Positions 56,691 through 64,000 of a DNA stretch of 64,000 nucleotides are shown piece after piece. The stretch comes from Elusimicrobiota bacterium (GTDB lineage Bacteria > Elusimicrobiota > Elusimicrobia > UBA1565 > UBA9628): NCBI GenBank assembly GCA_031423795.1, contig JANPGH010000072.1, positions 1,317 to 65,316 of the forward strand. Direction: 5' to 3'. The notes below the pieces were generated by a model. It saw only the letters and a program-made list of their open reading frames with translations, searched no databases and was not told where the DNA came from. The translations under genes and the position numbers were made by a program. How positions within the stretch are numbered: the first letter of the stretch is position 1; each line of letters opens with the position of its first letter.

Positions 56691-58543
56691 GGCGCCCCCT
56701 GGACGCGGCGGAGCAAGGATAACGACCACATCAACCAAGCCGCCAAGGTGAATGCCACTAAGAAAGGCCATGCCGTCGGGCGAAAGTCCATCGTCAAGTC
56801 CAAGTAAACCCTCGTCTCCCCGTACGACGCCAGCGGCAGTACTTGAAACAGGCGGTCCCATGTCAATACATCGGCGTCGCGCCCGTTCAGACGCGCATGC
56901 CAGCCGGGATATAGCGGAAGCGCCAAGGCGACGGCAGTCGCGGCAACGGGAATCGGGCCCGTCAATTTCCAACGCCCCGGACTATCGATCCAAAGGTAGG
57001 GATCGGGCTTGAGGCGCGCCCCAAGCGCATCACGAAAGGTCGCCAAGGGCCACGCGTCTCGCTCTTGAACGCCCTGACTGGAAAGCCTTACCCGCACGCC
57101 CGCGCGCTCAAGCCATTGCGATCTCCAATTGGAAATGAAGACGCGGCTCGCGTCTGCGGCGACAGCTCCTTCGGCGTCCGCGGCCCAAGACGGAATGTCT
57201 TTTGGGTAAAACGCATCATAACCGTTGACATTCATCATCCGGTACAGGATGGTCTTGTTTTGATTGGCCAGCTCGGGATCCGTCAACACGCGCTGACTTC
57301 GCCCGGCAAAAGACTCGACCAAATGGCGGTTCGCAGCCAAAAACGGCGCTGCCTCTTGAGGACGTAAAAATTGGAAATCCCAGACCGCCAGCGGCAAAAA
57401 CGCCGCGACGAGCACCCCCGCTCGCGCGCCTCTTGGCCATTTCCGATCTTGCAGAATTTTTATGCCCATGCCTGCGAGCAGCAGCGCTCCCCACAAGGTC
57501 AGAAACAGCCAGCGAGACGGTGTTCGTAGGTACGATAAGATGGGAAATCTCAGGACCATGCGCGTTATCGGGCCACGCGGCCCAAACCCCAATACCACGC
57601 CCAGCACCGCAAGCATGGCCGCGGGCCAGCGGTGGCGGGATCGGGCTAAACCATACACGGCGCCCGCCAAGCACACGGGCCCAATCCAACCGCCGCATGT
57701 TTCGAAATAAACTGAAATCACATCCTTCCACTGACCGTCGAGCGGCGTTCCGAGAGCGCCCGGATGAAGCCACGTCCACAGGGCTGTGGGAAACAGCGCA
57801 TAGGCCAAGCTCGCGGCTCCCGTCCAATGGCCGCGAACCGACTGCGCCAAATACTGCTGGCTAAGAACCCACTGAACGCTCGTCAAAGCGAGGGCCGTTC
57901 CTCCGGCAACGCTTAACCGCCGCATTAAAACGCCGCGGCGAGCGGAACAAATACCCCAGAGCGTCATCGCGGCCCCATTCATCACCAAAAATTGACCGTG
58001 CCCGGAGAGCAATTGTAGGGCGAACGTCGCGGCAAGAATCTCGACAGCACCCCCAAGCCAGGCCAACCACAGCCAGGGAACCCACGATAGCGCCGCCAAC
58101 AGCGTCGGGATTCCCGCGGTGACCCGATAGACCAGAAAAGGTGACAAGGCGAAGCCGGAAGCTAGCGCGAACGCTCCGATGCGTCCGATTCGGTGCGCGC
58201 GCGCGAGCAGAAACATCCCCGCCCCGGCCCACAGCACGTGAAACGTCGTGTCCCAAACCAACGCCGTCGACACAGGGAAAATGGACGATGCCAATGCCGC
58301 GGGATAGAAAAGCGCCGTCTGGGGGTTGGCCAGATGAGGCACGCCCAACAGGATGTAGGGATTCCAAAATGGCAAGCGGCCCGCTTGGAGCTCGGACGCG
58401 GTCAGCTCCCGCAATGGAATGTGGTAGGTGAATAAGTCGCCATAATTGAAAAAGACGGCCCCCGGAACGCTCCAGACCGGAAACAGCAGGGCCAGGACCG
58501 CCGTACACCATAAACCCAAGACAAAAAGGTCATTGCGCGACAT
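56687..58543 (-). CDS. YfhO-like GT-C membrane protein
   Basis: GDL, PFWNPYILLGVPHLANPQTALFYP, GHGQ, RTPSRW and YPGWHARLNG motifs. Confidence 0.8.
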   Translation of the reverse strand: MSRNDLFVLGLWCTAVLALLFPVWSVPGAVFFNYGDLFTYHIPLRELTASELQAGRLPFWNPYILLGVPHLANPQTALFYPAALASSIFPVSTALVWDTTFHVLWAGAGMFLLARAHRIGRIGAFALASGFALSPFLVYRVTAGIPTLLAALSWVPWLWLAWLGGAVEILAATFALQLLSGHGQFLVMNGAAMTLWGICSARRGVLMRRLSVAGGTALALTSVQWVLSQQYLAQSVRGHWTGAASLAYALFPTALWTWLHPGALGTPLDGQWKDVISVYFETCGGWIGPVCLAGAVYGLARSRHRWPAAMLAVLGVVLGFGPRGPITRMVLRFPILSYLRTPSRWLFLTLWGALLLAGMGIKILQDRKWPRGARAGVLVAAFLPLAVWDFQFLRPQEAAPFLAANRHLVESFAGRSQRVLTDPELANQNKTILYRMMNVNGYDAFYPKDIPSWAADAEGAVAADASRVFISNWRSQWLERAGVRVRLSSQGVQERDAWPLATFRDALGARLKPDPYLWIDSPGRWKLTGPIPVAATAVALALPLYPGWHARLNGRDADVLTWDRLFQVLPLASYGETRVYLDLTMDFRPTAWPFLVAFTLAAWLMWSLSLLRRVQGAP

Positions 58544-60479
58544 AAGGAATTCGGGAGGCCCGATGATACCAATAGGCTGCGAAAGCCAGCAATGCAAAAA
58601 GACTGACCGCAACTCCCCAATGCCAAGACGCCGGATCATACTCGAAGGCAACATGCCATGGCCCTGCCGGCACGACCGCCTTCGAGAAGACTCCCAGCGC
58701 GGGCCTAGTTGCAAGCGCCTGCCGCCGGCTCGGCGTCCTCAACGTCGCGCGCCAGCCCGGATAACGCGGCTCCGCTATGAAAATCTCGCCGGCTCCTTCG
58801 CCCGAAACCGAGTAACGATCCTCACGCTCGTGTTCCAAGGTTAGGGGTTGACCCAGGGCCGGAGCCGAATCGGGCAGCGTCTCCGGCAACGTGACGCCGG
58901 TCGGAGCATTGAAGAAATAAGCGAGCGCGACGGGGCCGTTTGCGCGGGAAATTTCCCACAACAAACGGCCTTCACCTTGCAGCCGCTTTGCCGTTACCGG
59001 AGCCGGGGTCAAAAGCCTCGACGCGCCGGCCCACGGCATCCAAGACGCCGCTTCATCGACGCTCGCTGCGCTCAAGATCCGATCCATGAACTCGTAATTC
59101 GTTTGCGGGACCAAGGGCTCGCCGAAGTTCGCCACAGCCCGCAAGCGATAAGGCGCGTTCGTCAGTCCGTACAATCTGGTTTTCCAGTCAACGAATCCAT
59201 TCCCCGAAGACGCTTCCAACGCGCGCGGGGAAATTAAATAACGGGTTTCGTTCAACCGAGCCTGCAGCCCGCTCACCAGAGGACCGGCTTCGGTGAACAG
59301 CGTTCGATTCGTCGTCGGCGTCGACAACCAGCCATAGGCCAACAGCTCGGCAACGACCATCACCGCCAGAGCCGGCGCACGCGCGGTGCGGGAAAATCCC
59401 GCCGCGCTGAGCAGCGTCAGGGGCAAGAGTGCCAGATACGATAAATTGCCCGGGTAACGAACGTATCTCAATGCGAGCCAGTGATTCCAAAGCCAGCGGG
59501 AAACGGGCGTTGAATCCCCGAGAATCAAGAGGACCACGACCGCGAGAAGCAGCACGAGGGCTGTTGCCCGGCGACGCGGCATGCGCGACGCGCCCCACGC
59601 GGAGATGACCGCGGCCAACGCGCCCCAGTAGACGCACTTCCACCAATCAACTTCCGGCCGGAACGAGGCCAACGGCACCAGCAGCGGCGAAATCCACTGG
59701 CGGAGATCGCGCAAGTGGAATCCCCATTGCAGCGCCTCGATGCGGATCACGCCCGATGAACGTCGCGAGAGGGCGGTGAGCTCGAGCGCCGGAAGGAGCT
59801 GGGCGCTGGAACACGCGAGAGCCGCAGCTCCCGCTGCGCTCCAATCCCTCAACCATGCGTTCGGGCGCGACTTGTCAACTCGGCGCAAGACCAGGGTCGT
59901 CCCCCAAACCACCGCGACCGCCCCGGGGATGAAGGTCGGGTAACCGGCCAAATACATCAGGGCCAAGGACAACGCGAGCGGGGCAGGCCGACGGAAAAAA
60001 AGAGCGAGGGCCGGCATCCAAGAGAGTACGGCGAGATGGTTCAGGAACGGTAGCCGGCTGATTAAAAGCCCGCTCAGCGCCAGCGTAGCACCACTGGCCG
60101 CGGACGCCCCCCACGAGACGCGCAGGCTTCGCAGCCAGAGGGTCGCCATCCACGCGATGCAAAAGAGGTGGAAGATTTCGAATACAGCCGTCGCGGTCGC
60201 GAAGCCGAAAAAATAAAAAAATATCGTTGTGGGGTAGAACAAAGCGCCTTGCATCGAGGCGGCCATCGGCATTCCCATATAGAGCGACGGTTCCCAGAGC
60301 GGAGCGCGCCCGGACTGCACAAGCTGGGCGGGCGAGGCGCGCCACGCTTGATGCAGATAAGTGAGGTCCCCCCAAAAAGGCGTGCGTCCCCGGAGCCAAA
60401 TGGGCCCGAAAAACGCCAGGACCGCGGCGGCGAGAAAAAAGGCGGCCCGACTTTCGGGCGACGATCGCCAAAATCTCAT
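58530..60479 (-). CDS. YfhO-like GT-C membrane protein
   Basis: GDL, PLWEPSLYMGMPMAASMQGALFYP, AGYP, RYPG, YPGWRA and FEYDPASW motifs. Confidence 0.8.
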   Translation of the reverse strand: MRFWRSSPESRAAFFLAAAVLAFFGPIWLRGRTPFWGDLTYLHQAWRASPAQLVQSGRAPLWEPSLYMGMPMAASMQGALFYPTTIFFYFFGFATATAVFEIFHLFCIAWMATLWLRSLRVSWGASAASGATLALSGLLISRLPFLNHLAVLSWMPALALFFRRPAPLALSLALMYLAGYPTFIPGAVAVVWGTTLVLRRVDKSRPNAWLRDWSAAGAAALACSSAQLLPALELTALSRRSSGVIRIEALQWGFHLRDLRQWISPLLVPLASFRPEVDWWKCVYWGALAAVISAWGASRMPRRRATALVLLLAVVVLLILGDSTPVSRWLWNHWLALRYVRYPGNLSYLALLPLTLLSAAGFSRTARAPALAVMVVAELLAYGWLSTPTTNRTLFTEAGPLVSGLQARLNETRYLISPRALEASSGNGFVDWKTRLYGLTNAPYRLRAVANFGEPLVPQTNYEFMDRILSAASVDEAASWMPWAGASRLLTPAPVTAKRLQGEGRLLWEISRANGPVALAYFFNAPTGVTLPETLPDSAPALGQPLTLEHEREDRYSVSGEGAGEIFIAEPRYPGWRATLRTPSRRQALATRPALGVFSKAVVPAGPWHVAFEYDPASWHWGVAVSLFALLAFAAYWYHRASRIPYVAQ

Positions 60480-61555
60480 TTTGCTGTCCAAACGCCGCCG
60501 ACCCACGAAATGGCTAAAAACGAAACCACTCCGACTCCCATCATCAGCGGAATTTTATGACGGGCCGAAACCGCGGCGACACGTTCGGATTCCGGAAGCG
60601 TCCACGCTGTCGAAAGGCAGAAAAGCCAAAAGACTCCCGGAAGCCCGAGTGGAAAATCCATAAGTCCTTGGACGAGAGCGGCGACGGGCCCAAAGCGTCC
60701 GGCGGGTGGCGCGCGGCGCAGGATGATCGCCAACCCGAAAATCCATAAGGCCAGATATGGCCATCCGCACTCGGCCGCCGTCTGTAGAAAATGCTGGTGC
60801 GCATACGCAGCGTTTCCCGGACCGAACCCATGCCACGGCGACTGCCACGCCATGCGCCACGCCGCCGACCACCACTCCCATCGCTGCGTTACTTCGGGAG
60901 ATCCCAGTCTTGAATAAGCGATCACCAGGCTGGTCAATCCCGTGATCCCTCCCATCCAAAAAGCAAAAGATCCGACCGTGCGGCGATGCGTCAGTAAGGC
61001 GACAGACAAGCCCATCCATGCGCCGATACACTGCGACCACCATAGACACAGTACTAGCCCGACGGTCAAGGCAACGTCGCCGCTGCGCGCGGCGAAGGGC
61101 ATCAGTAAAAGTATCGCCCCGGCAAAGCCGTTGGAGCTGGCATACGTCGATATCGGATGCGCAAGCCCGTTGAAGCGTTGGTGCGCGGCAACGAGAACGA
61201 GAACCCAACTGGCGACGCGCACGAACATCTCTACGCGCTGACGGTCATCTTGCGACAATAAGGTCGCCGTCGGAAAAAGGAAAAGCCCCGCCGCCATCGC
61301 TGCCCAAACCGGCACGGACGAAGACCGCGTCGGCGACAAAAGGGCCGCTAAAAGTGCTGCGGCAGCCAACGCACACGCCCATTGCGTCGGCGCTTTGGCG
61401 GGGAGCACAAGACGTCCGCGCGCAATCCCCGAAATGCACCAGGCTCCAAATCCGGCGATAAGCCCGATAAAAATAAAAAAACGGGTTTTGGGGTCCTCCG
61501 CGCCTCGCCACAAAACCCCCGCCGCGGCTTGGCTCCCTAAAAGGACCGCGAGCAC
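60476..61555 (-). CDS. O-antigen ligase (Wzy_C)-like membrane protein, short or degenerate
   Basis: STYASSN, GAWMG, RWEWW..AW and GFGPG...AHQHFLQTAAECG motifs; many TM helices. Confidence 0.68.
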   Translation of the reverse strand: MLAVLLGSQAAAGVLWRGAEDPKTRFFIFIGLIAGFGAWCISGIARGRLVLPAKAPTQWACALAAAALLAALLSPTRSSSVPVWAAMAAGLFLFPTATLLSQDDRQRVEMFVRVASWVLVLVAAHQRFNGLAHPISTYASSNGFAGAILLLMPFAARSGDVALTVGLVLCLWWSQCIGAWMGLSVALLTHRRTVGSFAFWMGGITGLTSLVIAYSRLGSPEVTQRWEWWSAAWRMAWQSPWHGFGPGNAAYAHQHFLQTAAECGWPYLALWIFGLAIILRRAPPAGRFGPVAALVQGLMDFPLGLPGVFWLFCLSTAWTLPESERVAAVSARHKIPLMMGVGVVSFLAISWVGGVWTAK

Positions 61556-61562
61556 GGCGGTG

Positions 61563-63716
61563 TCAGTCGGGCAAAATACGGGTCGTCACGAAGATCAGCA
61601 GCTCGTTGCGCACCCGCTTCTTGGTCTTCTTCTTGAACAGCCAGCCGAGGATCGGAATGTCCCCAAGAATCGGAACTTTCGCAATCGTGTCCTGGAGGCT
61701 GTCGGTGATCAGGCCACCGATGACGATGGTTTCCCCATCGCGGACAAGCACGGAAGTCTGGGCGCTGCGCGTATCGGTCGCTGGCGCGCCCGTCTGGGTG
61801 TTGGCCGCGGCCGTCACCGAGGGCTGGCTAATGTTCGGATTGATCTGTAGCAAGATCCGGTTGTCGGCGTTGATGCTGGGTGTCACCGTCAGCTGGATGC
61901 CGGTCTGCACGAAAGACACGGTCTGGGTCTGCACGCCGGTGGACGATACGTTCGACGTTACATAAGGGATCGATGTCGTCACATTGATATTAGCGGGCTG
62001 GTTATTGAGCGTGGCGATTTTCGGATCAGACAAGACCTTGGCCTTACCTTCAGACGACGCCGCACTGATTGTCGCGTTTAGAATCATGTTGTTCGTGACG
62101 CGTCCGAGGGTGAATGCCCCCATGATCTTGTCCGCTGGGAGGCCCACGCCCGTGCCCCGGCCGCCAGCGCCGATGCCACCCGTCCCGGTGAGCGACGTGT
62201 TGATCGTATTTCGGTCGAGGATCCTGTTGAACGGGCTGTCGGTAATACCGGCCGCCGAGCCGTAAACATTTGTTCCCGACTTGCCTCCAATCTTTCCGTT
62301 TTCGATGCCGAAAGCGTCCCACTGGATGCCGTAGTCGAGTTCGCTATTGATGTCCACTTCGACAATCTTCGACTCGATTAGTACCTGCCGCGGCCGCTGG
62401 TCGAGCTGCGCGACAAGATTTTCGGTTGCCAGCATGCCTTCCAGGGACTCGGTGACGATCAGGGAATTGGTTGGGGTGTCGATGCTGGAGCTGCCCGTGC
62501 GCCCTTCCGCCGAACGGACCGAATCGATCGTAGTCTTGACGGCGGACGCCTTCGCGTAATTCAGCTGAATGACCTTCGTCACCGATGTCGCCGCCGTGCG
62601 CTGCTGCGACAAGATACCGGGAGTGATCACTCGCAGAATGTTATCACCGACCTGGTCCGTCGAAAGCTGCATCATCGACAGGACGGTGCGGAACGCCTCG
62701 TTGAACGGGACGTTAGAAAGATGAAGGGTAAGCACTCCATTCACGTCCGTGCCATAAATGATGTTGATGCGCGCTTTGGCGGCCAGGAGCTTGAGGACGT
62801 CCCGGATATCAGTATTGTCGTAATCCAGACTCACGACGTCCCTCGGCAACCGACTCATCATGTCACTGTAGATGCGGCCGCCGATGCCGCGGCCGATCTT
62901 CGGACCATCCCCCACATCGCTCGGGATCGTCGTTTTCGTGTGCGATAAATCCTCGCTATCGGCGGCCCCTGCAAGATCCGAGGTCATTTTCCCTTCAAGC
63001 CCTGCGCGCTTGAGCGCGGCGGCAGCAGACGTATGCCGGGTCCGCACGGGTTTGTGCGTCCTATCCGCGGATTCCAACTCAGGCTCGGGTTCGACTTCGG
63101 AAGCCGTCTTGACCTCTTGGCGCACAGCGGCGGCGGCCGGGATCTCGGGTTTTGGTTCGACCAATCCCGCCATGAAATCATTAGATTTTGGTTTCGCCGC
63201 CGAAGGCAGCGAAACCACATCAGGGATTGTCGGATCTGAGGGCGCGTCCACGAAATCGCGCGCCGCCGAGGAGCTTCCATCCGACCCGATCAATTGCACG
63301 GCCAACCCGCCGGAAACTTCCGTGATCTTATAGACCGCCATTTTTACGAGATCGATCACGACGCGCGTGATCATGCGCGGGGACTGCCGGAATTGGCTCG
63401 TGCGAACTCCCGCCAGGTATTTGCCGCGGCCTTTTGTCTCGCGCGCGACGGCGGAATTCTTCGTGTCCAAGAATTCCATGACCAACCGCGGCGGGGTTTG
63501 GGTCACGAAACTGTTGTACTCCGCCGGGGAAGACAACTTCATTATCACTTTATCATTGGAGATCTCGATCCCTCGGAAAACAGCCGGATTTGCCGACGGC
63601 GAAACGGCCGCCTCTGCCGCATAGGCAACGAGGGCGGCGCCTTGCGGCACAATTAATAGACTGGCGATATAAACCGCGAGCACTTTTTTCAAGAAATCAT
63701 GTTTGGTCATGGGCAT
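61563..63716 (-). CDS. pilQ: Type IV pilus secretin with AMIN domain
   Basis: AMIN (PPRLVMEF, RVVIDL), STN (DIRDVL), QVLIESKIVE, VRDGETIVIGGL and KVPILGDIPILGWLFK motifs; GGAG Shine-Dalgarno. Confidence 0.93.
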   Translation of the reverse strand: MPMTKHDFLKKVLAVYIASLLIVPQGAALVAYAAEAAVSPSANPAVFRGIEISNDKVIMKLSSPAEYNSFVTQTPPRLVMEFLDTKNSAVARETKGRGKYLAGVRTSQFRQSPRMITRVVIDLVKMAVYKITEVSGGLAVQLIGSDGSSSAARDFVDAPSDPTIPDVVSLPSAAKPKSNDFMAGLVEPKPEIPAAAAVRQEVKTASEVEPEPELESADRTHKPVRTRHTSAAAALKRAGLEGKMTSDLAGAADSEDLSHTKTTIPSDVGDGPKIGRGIGGRIYSDMMSRLPRDVVSLDYDNTDIRDVLKLLAAKARINIIYGTDVNGVLTLHLSNVPFNEAFRTVLSMMQLSTDQVGDNILRVITPGILSQQRTAATSVTKVIQLNYAKASAVKTTIDSVRSAEGRTGSSSIDTPTNSLIVTESLEGMLATENLVAQLDQRPRQVLIESKIVEVDINSELDYGIQWDAFGIENGKIGGKSGTNVYGSAAGITDSPFNRILDRNTINTSLTGTGGIGAGGRGTGVGLPADKIMGAFTLGRVTNNMILNATISAASSEGKAKVLSDPKIATLNNQPANINVTTSIPYVTSNVSSTGVQTQTVSFVQTGIQLTVTPSINADNRILLQINPNISQPSVTAAANTQTGAPATDTRSAQTSVLVRDGETIVIGGLITDSLQDTIAKVPILGDIPILGWLFKKKTKKRVRNELLIFVTTRILPD

Positions 63717-63731
63717 CTCCTGCTCCGCGGC

Positions 63732-64000
63732 CTAGGGCCTCTGCGCCTTCTCTTTAGCTTCGTCGTCGGTCTCTCCGAGAGTATAGACCTGGACGTCTTT
63801 ATCGCTGGTGATCAACTCCGCGCGTTTCTGCCTAATTTGAACTCGGCCTGTGATTCCAGGGATAATCTTATTTCTATCGTCGTAGAGATGGCCGCCGCGC
63901 AAAACGAGCACCGTTCCATCATCCGCCCTGAACACGGCGAACGAGGAGGAAGAATCCTGCAGCACTCCGCGCAATTGCATGGAATGGATATCGGCGACAA
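63732..64000 (-). CDS. PilP-like protein, C-terminal part (truncated by the window edge)
   Basis: DIHSMQLRGVL...FAVF pattern, position directly upstream of pilQ, and frame open to the edge. Confidence 0.55.
   Translation of the reverse strand, partial: VADIHSMQLRGVLQDSSSSFAVFRADDGTVLVLRGGHLYDDRNKIIPGITGRVQIRQKRAELITSDKDVQVYTLGETDDEAKEKAQRP

Noticed and set aside
1-64000. tRNA, rRNA, CRISPR array, transposase or integrase
   Set aside because: No T-arm or anticodon structures, regularly spaced repeats or recombinase motifs were found by eye; a tRNAscan or Infernal run would be needed to exclude small RNAs fully

Overview
GC-rich bacterial chromosome segment, almost entirely protein-coding; gene content and order suggest Elusimicrobiota, but that is inference. 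1-1.1 kb is a more AT-rich accessory edge (partial nucleotidyltransferase-like gene, small secreted protein). 1.1-18.7 kb is housekeeping and envelope genes: beta-carbonic anhydrase, cNMP-patatin, NUDIX, dnaE, response regulator, YjbH-like barrel, group III phosphofructokinase, HAMP-TolC-patatin-TPR, dapF, dapA, gmhB, glutathione peroxidase and a broken SGNH hydrolase. 18.6-61.6 kb is a roughly 43 kb surface-glycosylation region with GT2/GT4 enzymes, five GT-C membrane transferases (3 YfhO-like, 2 ArnT/PMT-like), two O-antigen-ligase/OTase-like genes, Wzx, AsnB, many methyltransferases, NDP-sugar enzymes and an exported TldD/TldE pair. It runs directly on from a pilP-like gene and pilQ at the right edge. 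Main observations: (1) at least 14 genes have a TANNNT box 5-10 nt before the start codon and no clear Shine-Dalgarno, suggesting widespread leaderless transcription; (2) one operon pairs a His-for-Lys ColD-type 3-dehydratase with an SpnR-like 4-aminotransferase, a GNAT and a GT2/GT-C fusion, predicting an unusual acylamino-trideoxy sugar; (3) a signal-peptide-bearing TldDE pair is coupled to an OTase-TPR gene; (4) two, possibly three, genes have internal deletions. No tRNA, rRNA, CRISPR array or transposase was seen. All calls come from motif recognition by eye; no searches were run.
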